Assembly: GCF_009914755.1 (NCBI RefSeq)
Contig: NC_060925.1
Source: the human T2T-CHM13v2.0 reference genome, Homo sapiens
DNA length: 64,000 nt
Direction: 5' to 3' (one strand)
Shown here: positions 1 to 14,050 of the stretch, in pieces
How positions within the stretch are numbered: position 1 is the first letter of the stretch
Layout: each line of letters starts with the position of its first letter
The notes under the pieces: generated by a model
Seen by the model: the letters and a program-made list of their open reading frames with translations, nothing else
Told to the model about the DNA's origin: nothing
Database searches by the model: none
Made by a program: the position numbers and the translations under genes

Positions 1-961
1 GTTTCTTCCAGGTTATCCAATTTGGGGGCCTATAATTGTTCATAATAGTATCTTATACTTTGTATTTCTGTGGTATAAGTTTCAATGTCTCTGCTTTCAT
101 TTCTGATTTTACTTGAGTCTTAACTCTTTTTGCCCATTAGTCCAGTTAAAAGTTTATCTTAAAAAAAAAAAAAAAACTTTAGTTCCATTGATCTTTTGTA
201 TTATATTTCTGCTCTAATCATTATTATTTTTTTCCTTCTGCTGATTTTAGGCTTAGTTTGTTCTTCACTTTTATATTTCCTTGAGGCATAAGATCAAGTT
301 GTTTATTCTTCTTTTTGATGTAGGCATTTATTGCTATAAACTTTCCTCTTAGAAGCTTTTGCTGCATCTCATAAGTTTGAATATGTTGTTTCCACTTTTG
401 TTTTTCTCGAAATATTTTCTAATTTGTCTTTTATTATTTTTTGTTTACCCATTTATCAGGAGCTTTTTAAAAATTTCCATGTATTTTTGAATTTTCCTAG
501 CTTCTTACTGTTATTGATTTCTAGTTTCATACCACTGTGGTCAGAGAAGGTACTTGATACAATTAGATTGACCAAGACTTGACTTGTGGATGAACATATA
601 ATCTATCCTGGAGAATATTCCCCATGTGCTTGAGAAGAATGTGTATTCTGTTGATTGATGGAATGTTCCATTTATGTCTGTTAGGCCTGTTGTTCAAGTT
701 GAATTTTACTTATTAATTTTCTGTTTGGGTGGTCTGTCCATTTTTGAAAGTGGGGTATTGAAGTTTCCTACTGTTACTGTAATATATCCTCTTTTCAGAT
801 CCTCTAATATTTGCTTTCTATATTTAGGTGCTCTGGTGTTGATGCATATACATTTATAATCATTATAACCTTTTGAGGAATTGACCCCTTTGTCATTATA
901 TGATTTCCTTCTTTGTCTCTTTTTACAGCTTTGACTTAAGGTTTATTTTGTCTGAAATAAG

Positions 962-1391
962 TGTAAGAGTTAAAAAAGAGGAAAGAAACATGAAAAGTGA
1001 TTCAATAGTCAAAGACAGGTTTATTTGGGGGAATAAACCTGAGAGGGGCTTCTGGCTGACTTCAGTCAGGAGCCCTCTCTCTTACAGACTAAGAGTATAT
1101 ATTGGTTTTAGGGTGAGGGGGGCTTATGGTAAGCTTGGAATGTTTCTGTGTTGGGGAGAAGTTTATAGCAGGGTTAGAGTATCTCTGGGCAGAGGGGAGG
1201 TTATCTTGGGGCTGACATCTTTTCGGCTGGAAGGGAGGTTATCTCAGGGCTGGCATGTCTCTGGTAGGGGGTGTTATTTGTGATTTGTGGTCATGCTGAC
1301 CTTAGCCATTAGGCTGATGCCCTTTGGATTTAGGCAGTTTTTCTCTAAAATGGCAGTACTTGTCCAAGATGGTGATGCTCCTGCTGTGTCA
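962..1391 (-). mobile_element. Solo ERV1 LTR, LTR19-like
   Basis: TG...CA termini and an exact flanking duplication ATAAG (957-961 and 1392-1396). L1 sequence resumes across the insertion. Matches my recollection of LTR19 (tgacagagcaggagcatcgccatcttggacaag... on the minus strand). Confidence 0.8.
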
Positions 1392-2077
1392 ATAAGGACA
1401 GCTACTTGTACTCTCTTTTGGTTTCCCTTTGCATGGAATATATTTTTCCATCTTTTTAGTTTTTATTTATGTGTATCCTTAAAAGAGAGGTGACTTTCTT
1501 GTAGACAATACAGAGTTGGGTTTTATTTTTTTATATACATTCAGTTTGCCTTTGTCTTTTTAATGCAAAATGTATTACATTTACATTCAAAGTACTCTTG
1601 ATCCTTATTTGATCAAGAGTACTTTGTAGTCAGTAAGGACTTATTACTTATCAAATAAGGATCAAGAGTACTTTGTAGTAAGTAAGGACTTACTACTCAC
1701 ATTTTTAAATTGTTTCTTTGTTGGTTGGTCAATATTTAAATTTTTTCTTGCTCTCTTCCTTTGTGATTGATGATTTTCTGTAGTGGTATGCTTTAAATAC
1801 TTTCTATTTTGTTTAGTGCCTCTACTATAGATTTTTGCTTTGTGGTTACCATGAGGTTTACATATCACATCTGATACGTATAACAATCTATTCCAAGCTG
1901 ACACTAACTCAACTTTAATTGTATACAACTATATGCTTTTATTTCTCACTCCAACATTGTATGCCTTTGATTTTAGAATTTACAATTTATTTTAGCTGTA
2001 GTTATCATTAATAGTTCTTTTAACTCTTTTACTAGAACTAAAATTGTTTTACACATCACCATTACAGTCCTAGAATA

Positions 2078-2237
2078 CAGAAAGTTCCCAACTTAACAAT
2101 GGTTTGACTTACAATTTTTTGACTCTTTGGGTTTATTGAGACATAACCCAACATAATTCAAGAGCTCATTATGACTTATGATGAAGATATGGTTTATATT
2201 GAATGTGTATCACTTTTGCACTATTATAAAGTTGAAA
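2078..2237. mobile_element. MER47-like (Tigger family) MITE fragment
   Basis: TA-preceded cagaaagttcccaacttaacaatggtttgacttacaattttttgac, similar to the MER47 terminal sequence and to the element at 25457. Confidence 0.65.
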
Positions 2238-5200
2238 GTCTTTGTAATCTTGTGTCTTTGCATTGGTGTCTGTGCGCTTGAGGAGACCGCCAACTTTTTT
2301 TGCTTTTACTGGTGTTTTTTTGTTTGTTTTGTTTTGTTTTGTTTTGTTTTAAGGTCAGCGGTAGACCTTCATTATTTAGTGATTCTGGATGGGCCAGCTG
2401 ATAGCAAATCTTGGCAGGCAAAACTTGCTTTCAGATTCTCTAGATAGCTGAACTGCTAAGTTTGGGTGGGGCAGCTTGCTGGACTCTGCAGTCATGCTGA
2501 GCTGCTAGATAGGCACTGCAATCACTGCATATCAGGTTGGGCCACAGGGTGTATTTCCTGGCCAGATGGTACCACTATTTGAGTTCAGCGATTGGATAGG
2601 GTTGCAGGAGGGATTCCACGGTAAGGTAGAGTTGCTGATTGGGATGGACAGGACCAGATGCTTTGCTCAGTAGAAATGCATGGTTGAGGTTTACCCCTCT
2701 TCCTATAAAGAACCTTGAGGCAGGTTTGAGGCTGAGCTGAGTACTGTTTAAATTCCTAGATGTCGTGCCACTAGCTTGTGCTCTTTGCCGTAATCTGCTG
2801 TGACAGTTGCTCTCTCCCTGGGAGAGGTCTGAGTGTGGGTTTTGAGATGATACTGAGTGCTGTTAAATTCTCAGGTGTAACTAACTAGGCCCTGCTCTTT
2901 CCCATACTTTGCTGTTGTGTTTGTTTCCCTTCCTGGGCACGGCCCTGGGGCAGGGTCGGACGCTTGTCCTGGAAACTAGCTGTCTAGGGATTCAAGCCAG
3001 GTAGAACTTCCCTCCTCTTCTGGAAGCAACCAACTCAGCTTTGTGTGTCGGCTATGCTGTTAGTTGATACCTCTGATTGGGTGCCACTGCTGGCAAGTAC
3101 ACACAGCTGCCACCAAGATCTCCATGCTGGTTGCTGCGCTTTCCACCTTTCTGCTTTGTTTCTACCTCACTCCCAGATCGTCTAACCATGCCATTTCCCT
3201 ATGCATTTCCTTTAAGGTGAGATGGGAATGGGCTTCCTGGAAAGCAACTCAGAATGCTAAAGGAATCTGTGTGTTTGCTTCTGGTTCTTTCTTTCTGTAG
3301 AAACCATGAACCCTGGAAAATTCTCTCTACGGCACTATGCAGACTTGGAAAAGGAAGAGGGGTACACAGTCAGAGTGAGACTGTTTCTCCTATCGGTTTC
3401 ATGTGATTTTTATTCCATTCTGTGGACCACAGAACAGACTCAAGTTTATTTGCAATTTTGGAGGTTTTTACCAAGGTATTCTTATCTGTGGATAATTGTT
3501 GGTTAAACTTTGTGGCATGAGAGTGAAGCCTGGAATTTTCTATTTTGCTATCTTCATATCACTGCCATCTTCCTTTAATTATATATTTTGTAAAGGCTTT
3601 TTGGCACACTATATGTCTATTGGAGAGGGGAAAATTGAAATTTTTAAATTTATTTTATTTCAATTTAGGGTAAAATTGCTGCCTTAAAAGATTCTAGAAA
3701 AATAACAAAATAACTAATGAATGCCGAATAATATTTGAATATTTTAAAGTACTACTAAAATTGTTTTGTGGCATTTCAATAGTGCAATGTATAATAGAAT
3801 ATGTAGGAAAATATAAGATGCTTCCAAAATAAAAATCTTCTGTGAGGAATGAGATATGTTGAGCCTACTCCCTATTATTCTGAATACATAAATTCATGAT
3901 ATCAACTTCCCCCCTTCTCTTTGGAAACTCTGATCTGCCTTTGAAGTCCACTTGAGGGCAAACTTGTTCCTTGTCTTACCTTTGCACACTAAAACAAAAA
4001 ATTCATTATAGATTTGATTTAGCTCATATTGAAAGAGATGCATCACCTTTTGAAATGGATTAATCTTTCAATAAAAAGACCAATCACTTTCAGAATGAGA
4101 TATAGTTCAGTCTCTATTAAATGAAATACATTATTCACTTAGTAATATCTATCACTTGTTAATTAAGATACTACATTTATGCCCTAGGCTCAGATCATAT
4201 ATATTATCTATTAAATATATCAATATTGGATAAAACAAAATAATGTTAAATGAATGTTTCAATAAACAACATTATTAAAAAATATTAGCATTTTAGTAAT
4301 TTTCAATTTTAGTTTCCTCAAGGAAAGTGAGCTGCTTAGGTTTCATTTATTTACTTAACTTTTTTTATTTTTTGAAGATAGAAAAATAATACAACAATGA
4401 TTTTCTTGAAAACTTGCTGGAACCATGATTCCCAGTTGTTATTCTTGACAAAGAGTAAATTATTATAAATGAGTTTGACTTAAAATAACACAATTTTTTT
4501 TAATATCCTTATTAGAATTTGAAGACATTTTATATATAAAGCAGCGGGAAAATTAACTGCTCTTCTCGGTGCCATAAAATTAGAAAAGCATTTTCTATGT
4601 TTGTTGTTTTTGTATGAACTTTTTGGTGCTTTCTTTATATGTAATCTGGCGTCCTAGCTCCCCATAATATATGTTTAACAAGTTATGTACTAAATAAAAA
4701 ATGTTACACTAACTAATTAATCTGGATAAAGGACACTTAGCTTTTGCAACCTTAGTGTTGTAAATTAGTCAGTAAATACTCAGTTTTCCATGGCTATCTA
4801 GATTTTAGGCAAAAACAAATGGTTTGCTTAAGCCAGATTTTCAGATTACATGCAGCAAACTTTGAAAGGCTAAGTGTCCTTTATCCAGATTTAAACTAAT
4901 ATTGAAATTATGACAAACTCAGGATTTAAATCATTCCCTATTTTTCGGTCTTTTCTTTTTTGACATTCAGTGTTGTATTAATATTTTTGTAAAAAGTCCT
5001 GAGTTTACATCCTTTCTGAGAATTTCTCAATCACTGCAAATCTTAGCTGTCCTCCAAAAGGGCCACACCCAAATAATTTACAGGAGCTCAAGTAAAACTG
5101 AACTCAAAGGCACCTGTGTTTGAAGAATCCCACAGGGACATTACTCACAGAGGTGGAGGAAACAGAAAACCATTTATTTTCATAAAAATCACAAATCTTT

Positions 5201-6900
5201 TCCAATAGAACTCTGTGAGGCAAACTTCAGATTTGCATTTCTAAATGCGCATGTCCTTTCTCAACCTGGCAGCACTAACAAACACCTCTAATAGCCCATT
5301 TTAACACCACTTCAAATATTTTTCAAACTCTATTTTTTGTTCCAGGTTGATTTGGAGACTCCTTGGCATTTCTCAAGACCTCTGAAGTTTTCTATTCTCT
5401 TCCTTTGTGTTTGCTCCCTCTCTACTAGGATAAATTGGCTTTGTTGAGTCTTTTTTCACTCACCTCCAAATTTGCATCTCTGTCAGGATTCTCTCAAATT
5501 CTGGTGGCCTAATGAGTTCTTTTCTAAACCCTGCTTTGCTTCAAAACTGCCTCAAATCACATGTTTTTTCTCTCTCTTCGTTTTTCTCTTCGTATTTTGT
5601 TATTAAAAAAAACCCTTTTTAAATAGATGTGTGTTTCTACCTTGCTTGCATTCTATATTCTTTATCTGTAAATTTTACAATTTATAGAAAACATCATTTT
5701 CCCCCCTCAGCTTCTCGGTTTAATCAACAGAGCAATTTTACATGTATGTTTTTATCATTTATACTATTTTTCTTGTAGTTTTTCAGAAACACTTATTATT
5801 CTCTTATGGTCATGTAAATATGAGTTAACCAGAATAACCTAAAAAGCAATTGTACTTTTTCTAGGATTTATTTTAAATGCACAATTATAGATTACACAAA
5901 ATATGGTTAAAAATTAAAGAACTGATATTTGTGGATGGTTGGTTGAGTAGGGCTTGTTATATTACAATCTCTAAATATGTGGACAGGCACAGTGTTATAA
6001 ATTAGTCAGTAAATACTTAGTTTTCTATGGATTTCTAGATTTTAGGCAAAAATAAATGGTTTGCCTAAACCAGATTAGAAGTTATGACTCATATAAAAGT
6101 TACAAACGAAATTGTGGAATTTACTAGTTATATATAGTCTAATATTCCTTTTAAAATTTCTCCATTTGTCCCAACTTACCTTTCAGACAATCTTCTGAAA
6201 TTCTGCTTCTATATATATATATATATGTGAAATTTACCACCAATGCCCTGATTAGAGAGGTTTCCTATCTTCCATTAATGCAAACACCCCAGAATATCCT
6301 TCCTCACATCAATAACCATCAACGCGACTAGCTCCTTTTATCTTGTCCTAAGGAAAATAATTTCATAATGAAAAAATTACATTTTCTACTTTTTATAGTA
6401 TTTTTGCAAGGTTTTGCTTTCTATAAAGATAAAAAATAGACAATTAAGGATGCTAAAGAAAGAAACATCAGCAAAGGCAAATATGCCTCAAGGGAAAATG
6501 AAAACACCTCTGAATTTTAGATTAGAAGTCACTGGTGACAATTTGTAGTGTAAATTCTATAAAGTGGTGGCAGGAGCAGTCCCATTGGAAAAGGTTAGGC
6601 AAGAGTAAGTGGCACAGAAATGGAAGAAACAGGAACAGCAGGTTAGAAAAAGGCACATTGTTTCTTCTTTTTTTTCTTAAATTTTTAATTAATAAAGGAA
6701 ATGGCTTGTTGGGAAATAAAATGAAAAATGATTGTAGAGGAAAGTAATGGCAATTATCTGTTAAATATTATATTAAGGGAGACAATCACCATTCAAGCAT
6801 AACTGAAATATGTTTTTCAGAAAGAGGACTAGAAATAATGAAAGAATATGGTTACTGTTGATTTAGAGTAAAATAAACAAAATTTTGCTAGAAAAATATA

Positions 6901-7250
6901 CTTATTCATTTACTCATTTGTTCATTCATTGACCCAACAGGCATGTATTCATGTATTAGGATACCTGAAATTTCTACACATTAGAAAAGGAAAAATGAAT
7001 AAAATGTAGTTTTGGCCTTCAAGTTAGCATATCTTTGAAAGGAGAAAAGCATGTAGGTAAAGAAGTGGTGAATGTGCTAAAGAATTTAGCAAACTTATAA
7101 ACAAAGTATGTTAATGACGATAATCACCATGTAGAGTGAGAGGTTGGAAACATCAGGCATATCTTTGCAAAATAAATTATCTTAATTTATGAGTAGGATG
7201 GGTACCTAGTAAACAGGTAGAATGAACACCCCTTTACTAGACAGAAAGTA
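6901..7250 (-). mobile_element. L2 3' fragment
   Basis: (ttca)n-like L2 tail followed by aaaaatgaataaaatgtagttttggccttcaag. Confidence 0.6.
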
Positions 7251-7474
7251 TAAAAATGCCTAGGGAACAGTATGAGGAAAAGGTAGAAATAAAGCAACTT
7301 TATCTATTTATGAACAGTTTCATGAAACTTACTCTAATCACTTTGGAATCCAGAGTGGTTGATAGAGTAGTACGAACTTATAAATGTAAACAGCATCATT
7401 TGATGTTTTCTTTCTACCTGATTACCCTCCCTTATTCCTATTAAAAACAGTGAAAACAGTAACTGATTATAACA

Positions 7475-7680
7475 GTTAATCTTAATTGTTACTGCTTGTT
7501 ATGGCTATGCTTAGTACTTTTAATCTATTAATTTGTTTGATCTTTAAAACAACCCTATTGTGTGGGAATTATTTACTTCAGTTTATAGATGACAGAGCAG
7601 GACTTGAAGGCTTTAAGTAATTTACCTGAAATTTTGAGCTAGTGAATGAGAGACAGGTGGAAATCCAAAACTTTCTAGCT
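7475..7680 (-). mobile_element. MIR SINE
   Basis: Core-like aacaaccctat...ttcagtttatagatga...aagtaatttacctgaa. Confidence 0.65.
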
Positions 7681-9627
7681 ATCACAAAATTTTGTCTCTG
7701 TTAATATAACTTGTTTCTTTTAATGTCAATAAAGAATTTTATATTAGAAAATCAGCTTAATATGCTCCTAAGTACAATGTCGAGAAAAAGTAAACCAAGT
7801 CTACATTTTACATGCCATAAGGAAGAGCAAGTATTTTTCCTTTACTATATTTTCTAATTATAATAGTTATACATATTAGTTGTAAAATTTTAAATAATGA
7901 ACTACACACATAACACATTTGTGAATATGTGTATTTGTGTTTGTGTGTGTGCATGTGTGTGTATAAACATGTTATATACCAAGGACCCTGTGAATAAATA
8001 ATTATTTCATAAGCAAGGGTTTAAAGTGTATGAATAGTCTGAAAATTTCAACCTTAGATTCATGTCCATATGCAGATACATGATAATTAGAAGCTGTTCT
8101 TTACATTCTTTATGAGGATTAAAACAAAAGCAAGGTTTTAGCAACATCATAATCATCTAGGAAGCATCGGAACTTAGAATCGTCTCAGAGAAAAACAATT
8201 TATTTAAATTTCTCAGCAGCTAGAAGTATCTGCTTAGCATGTTAAGAATGCAGACCGTGTCAGGGAATTAGAAAAATGACTTGTTATGTCAATGAATCTC
8301 AGAGCACTGGATTGGCTAGAGCAATGCTAGTCTTAGAAACTTGTTCAGTTTCTCTCCAGTGCAACACCATTAAATTTAATTACAAAGAAAAACTTATTTT
8401 TGTTATACAAATAATATCCCCATGTAGCCTAATTTAAACTAATTGCCTACATAGTTTTCATTCCAAGGGGAAAACTAAAGTAAAATAAGTGCTGACTTAT
8501 TGAAAATGTCTTTAATTATATTATCACATTGAATTCTGCTTTGACCCTTCTTCAAAAGTTACTTTTAAAATAAAAAATGTTACCGTAAATTGTAGCATAC
8601 CTGCAATTTGTAGAGCTTCAATCATGCCTGACCTACTTTACCAGTTTTTTTTTTCTTTCTAACATAGAAAATACCTTTCTGCAGAAAAATCTCCAAGTGT
8701 CTACAATAGGACATGAATAGCTATGCTATTTTTCTTCATTATCATTTCTTGTTATTTTATTTTTTGTTGTGAGGAGAAAAACCTACCTATGAATCTGGAG
8801 GTGACAGAATAACCAGTATCTGGCCTTGGGGATGAAGGGATTTTTGCATACAAGCCTGCCTAAGGACTAGACAGTGTCAAATGTACCTTCTATAGAAACC
8901 TGTGGTGTAGCAACACCAGAACGAAGGGCTGGGCTCCTGATTCCTCTCACAGCATGGAAGAAATAAGATTTTTAATTGGATTCAATGATGGCCTCACCAG
9001 AGCCTTGTCACTAGCTTTATAAGGAGATAGTTCTTAAGCGACATCAGTCAAGCAGGCTAGAGGGCATCCTAACCCATCATTAACTCAAATCTTGATGACT
9101 GGCTAGAAGAAGCACTCCTGAGACATCAATAGAATAGAAAAACAATGCTGCCTGCACAGACAGCTATAATGTCAGACATTCCGTTGACTTCTTTCTCAAT
9201 TTCCTTTTTAATTCTGGAGTGGACGAGAGGACCCAAATTTTCTCACTCTTGATCCTCATGCAAGAAATATAGCTTCTTTGAAAGGTAATTATTTAAGGAC
9301 ATGCATAGTAATGTAGCATACTTTAGACTCCCCAGAATTGTTATTTCTCCAGCTCTATATTGGAAATATACAAGAAGATGAAGTTCTTAGGAGACTGGGG
9401 AGGACTCTGGGTAGTGCTTCTTCAGCTTCAGCTCTATTTCGCAATGCACCTCCCACCCTGCTTTTAAAAAGTCATGTTACAGTTTAAGGTTTGTTTCATC
9501 AAAATACCATGAAGTTCAGAACTGTCAGAGATTATGTTCTCATAAGCTACTCTTTGCTATCTGCTTTCTGAAAATCTAATTTTTTTGTCTAACAGAGAAA
9601 AAGAAGTTTTTCAAATTTTAAGTGGTA

Positions 9628-9848
9628 ACAAAGTTTCTCAACCTCAGCAATAATAACATTTTGGGTGAGACAATTCTTTGTTGTAAAGGGGTTGTATTGT
9701 GTATGGTAGGATGTATAGCAGCATCCCTGGCTTCCAACTGCTAGTTGCCAGTAGTATCCCCCTTCTCCAGCTGTGCAACCAAAAAAAGTCTTTATACAGT
9801 GCCACATGTCCCCTGGAGGGTAAATTTGTCCCCATTTGAGAAGCATGG
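9628..9848 (-). mobile_element. MER20 (hAT-Charlie) DNA transposon relic
   Basis: gtttctcaacctcagc...ggatgtatagcagcatccctggc...gtcccctggagggtaaatttgtccccatttgagaagc matches reverse MER20. Degenerate terminal inverted repeats. Confidence 0.85.
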
Positions 9849-10171
9849 AAATAAAACCAACTACTTTTTTTTTCCATATTTCAAGTTACTTAGTTCTAGC
9901 ATGTGGAAAGGTCAAGTCGATTAGATCTTCAACATAAACATCCCTTACCAGCACTCTTAACCTGAATGCTCTATTTGAAAAGAAGAGAATGATTCAATTA
10001 AGCACAGTGAAGAATTTGTACTTAGTAGACTGTGTGTAAGAAGAGGAATAAATCAACCCATAGACAATGATCATGAGAAGGCAACAAACACAATGTCCTC
10101 TGAATAGTCTTCTCCCTGAATTTGATAAGGCATTCACAAAATTCTACAGTGGGACACCAAATAGGTGCTAT

Positions 10172-11012
10172 TGAGCGGTGAAGCCGGCTGGGCTTCTGGG
10201 TCAGGTGGGGACTTGGAGAAATTTTCCGTCTAGCTAAAGGATTGTAAATGCACCAATCAGTGCTCTGTGTCTACCTAATCGGGTGGGTACTTGGAGAACT
10301 TTTCTGTCTAGCTAAAGGATTGTAAATGCACCAATCAGTGCTCTGTGTCTAGCTAAAAGTTTATAAACACACCAATCAGCACTCTGTAAAATGGACCAAT
10401 CAGTGCTCTGTAAAATGGATCAATCAGCAGGATGTGGGAGGGGCCAAATAAGGGAATAAAAGCTGGCCACCCAGGCCAGCAGTGGCAACCTGCTCAGGTC
10501 CTCTTCCATACTGTGGAAGCTTTGTACTTTTGCTCTTCACAATAAATCTTGCTGCTGGTCACTCTTTCGGTCCACACTACCTTTATGAGCTATAACACTC
10601 ACTGCCAAGGTCTGGGGCTTCCCTCCTGAAGTCAGTGAGACCGCAAACCCACCGGGAGGAACAAACAACTCCAGACGTGCCACCTAAGAGCTGTAACAGT
10701 CACTGCGAAGGTCTGCGGCTTCACTCCTCAAGTCAGGGAGACCATGAACCCACCGGGAGGAACAAACAACTCGGACGCGCCACCTTTAAGAGCTGTAACA
10801 CTCACTGAGAGTGTCTGCGGCTTCACTCCTGAAGTCAAGGCGAGACCACAAACCCACCGGAAGGAAGAAACTCCAGACACATCTGGACATCTGAAGAAAC
10901 AAACTCTGGACACACCGTCTTTAAGAACTAACACTCACCGCGAGGGTCTGTGGCTTCATTCTTGAAGTTAGCAAGACCAAGAACCCACCGGAAGGAACCA
11001 ATTCCGGACACA
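10172..11012 (+). mobile_element. Solo LTR12 (ERV9/HERV9 LTR)
   Basis: Starts tgagcggtgaagccggctgggc and ends attccggacaca. Contains ccaatcag U3 repeats and U5 ~80-bp repeats. Imperfect 4-bp TSD ctat/ctag. Confidence 0.95.
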
Positions 11013-11804
11013 CTAGGAGACCTCAGTCACTCAGGTGTTTAGAGCACTGCAGAGCTCAAATCACACAGATAAATGATGGTCTCTAGATGAATGGGCACAC
11101 TTAAAGAGTTGCTTCCTTACTATATTTGAAAATTTAAAGCACTATGAGAGGGGAACAAAACCTGAAATAGACATTTCCCTTGCGAAAATGAGACAGAAAA
11201 ATACAAATTATATATATTTTCAATATATAATAATACTGTCTTATCTTTTATGCTTGAAGAGGTAAATGTGAAAGACAAACAGAAGTCTAAAAAATTATCT
11301 GAACTGATAAGAATTTTTAAGAATCTAGACTCTAAAGCTGTGGCAGCATTGGCATCAAGAGAAATAGATGTACATACCATCTACTCTATTAAAATCTTGC
11401 TTGAAACTTTGCATTTAAAGAAGGCTTGTGTCTTTTCCGTGGAAAAATGGGAGTAGGGATTGGACTGCCTAAAATTCCTTCTAGCTTTACATTGTTATGT
11501 TATGCTGTTTATTCTTTAATGAGGTAGGTACATTTCTGTTCTGTGTCATGTTTATGTGCTAGTTTCCCAAATGCAGTCTAAAGATATCTATCAGAAATTT
11601 CATAGTTTTTGCCATCATTGTCAAAAGATTAAAAGGCCAATGATAAGGCCAACAATTGGCTTTTAGAAGCAAATTCTTACATTTTTTTCCCCCAGCATTT
11701 GTTGACAAACACATACAATTTTTTTTTTGCAGGGGAATAACCCACAAAAATATTTTTCTGTATTTAAAACGTTTATAATTTGCTGGAAAAGTAGGCAAAG
11801 ATGA

Positions 11805-12179
<375 letters not shown>

Positions 12180-12859
12180 TGAAGCAAGGATTTTAATAAT
12201 TTTTATAAGAAAATTCATGACCATATTTGAGTATACAATCAAAAGCTAATTCTAATGTGTTCCTAAGACTGCGAGGCACATGGTGAGTTATTACAGACTC
12301 ACAGCAGCCTAATTTTAAATTTGGTATAATAAAAAATGACCACAGGTATGACAAAAATTTATTGGATTACTATACTTCTAAATTTTAATTTTGTAGAAAA
12401 TTTGGCAGGAGAGTATGGTCACATGGTGTTAAACACTCTGTTCAGTTTTGATAATGACTGTCGACTTAGGTTTTTGACAGTGTGATGTGAAAAGTTCTGT
12501 TACAGAGAATTAGCTTCATAGAGAAAGGTAATGTTCATAAATTTGCTAACTGATATTATTTTATTGCTTTGAAGACTGATATTTAGGGTTTATCCACAAA
12601 GCCTATGCAGCACAAGAAGTAGCAGAATTGTGTTTCTTAAAGTGACTCCTGCCAACTCCAGCCAGCTAGGATGAACTCTAAGCTTAAGAAAGTACTTAGA
12701 TCAGCAGAAGCATTTGAATCATTGTCTCACTGCCAAGAGCATGCCAACTAAGATGCTCTTTGTGTAATCTCCTTATTTTTGTTGTAAACAATATTGTTCT
12801 ATGCATAGAAGAGAAATGGTTTCTATTTGATTCATTTGTATGCTTCCTTGAATGAGCGA

Positions 12860-13030
12860 TTCACCTTATCTCATTTAACTACTATATATAATGAATATTA
12901 TGCCTCTAATAGGTATGAGAAAACTGAAGCTTAGAATGGTCGAATACCTTAACCAAGCTAGTAAACTAATGAGGCAAACTGAAATTTCTTAACCGGATTG
13001 TTCTCACTCCAAGCCACATTTTTCACCATA
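12860..13030 (-). mobile_element. MIR SINE
   Basis: atgagaaaactgaagcttaga core motif. Confidence 0.65.
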
Positions 13031-13384
13031 GTCTTCGAAAACAAAAGGATTTAAGTAGTCTGTATTCTTTATTCATGACTTGTCTAAACTAAACCCAGTC
13101 TTGTTCCTTTTGTCCATCTATAAGTGAGATATAAAACTGAAATAAAGACATTCTTTTTACCTGAGGAGTCAAGGTAATTGTCATAGCTCCACTTAGAAAG
13201 CTTTTAGTGACACTGGTTGACCCAGGCAAGGATGGCTTTTAAATCTAGGGGTATTTTAAGTATTATGTGTAAGTTCCCATCACCTTTTGAAGACTACCAA
13301 ATTATTTTTTTACAATAAATATTTACTATAATAAATATTCTGCTAAAAGTCATATTTCCAATTTTTGAGAAATTAAAACAAACC

Positions 13385-13653
13385 TTTTTTTTTTTGAAAC
13401 AAGGTCTTGCTATGTTGCCCAGGCTGGAGTGCACTGGTGTGATCTCAGCTCACCACAATTTCTCTACCTCTGTACTCAAGTGATCCTCCCACCTCAGCCT
13501 CCTGAGCAACTGGGACTATAGGTGTGTTCCACCACTCCTCACTAACATATATATATTTTTTGGGTAAAGATGGTCTTTCACCATGTTGCCCAAGTTGTTC
13601 CTGAACTCCTGGGCTCAAGTGATCCACCCACCTTGGCCTCCCAAAGTGCTGGG
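13385..13653 (-). mobile_element. AluJ, slightly 5'-truncated
   Basis: aaggtcttgc, ctcctgggctcaagtgatcc and gatcctcccacctcagcc are J-type diagnostics. Stops at ...gtgctggga. Confidence 0.9.
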
Positions 13654-13829
13654 ACAAAACAAATCTTACAAGTAATTATATATTGGTATGCATATATCAT
13701 CCCTGGCCACTTTCTGCTCTACTTCTTCAGAGATCTTATTTACATGATTTGCTCCAATGAGTTGTTTAATAATTAAGAAAAGAGTATATTTGGAATGTTT
13801 AAGGAATTTGAGCTGAGGAATATTGAAGA

Positions 13830-14050
13830 GCTCATGAGAGTGTGGGGTGCGGACAAAAGCATGGACTTTGAGGCCAGATTGATCTGGATTTGAGTTCTGA
13901 CCCAGAGTCCTGCCTTGTAAATTAGAGTTTAAAATACGTATTGTATAGATTTGAGTGAGATAATTCTGAATATGAGACTGCTTTGCTGTGTGCTTGGCAC
14001 ATAGTACACTTTCAATAGATGACATTAGATGTGATGATAGGACAATTATA
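13830..14050 (+). mobile_element. MIR SINE (degraded)
   Basis: agcatggactttgaggccagattgatctggatttgagttctg ... gtgcttggcacatagta. Confidence 0.6.

Larger units (their letters stand above)
1..3570 (-). mobile_element. Old L1M LINE, 5' portion (ORF2 start/ORF1 remnants and 5'UTR), interrupted by an LTR19-like element and a MER47-like fragment
   Basis: T-rich antisense L1 motifs (e.g. tgtgcttgagaagaatgtgtattctg, gaaagtggggtattgaagtttcctact). The GC-richer 2240-3570 segment ends in a gccatcttc motif typical of antisense L1M 5' ends. Confidence 0.8.

Noticed and set aside
900-1283. 127-aa ORF
   Set aside because: Runs from antisense L1 into an antisense LTR19-like sequence; a chance frame.
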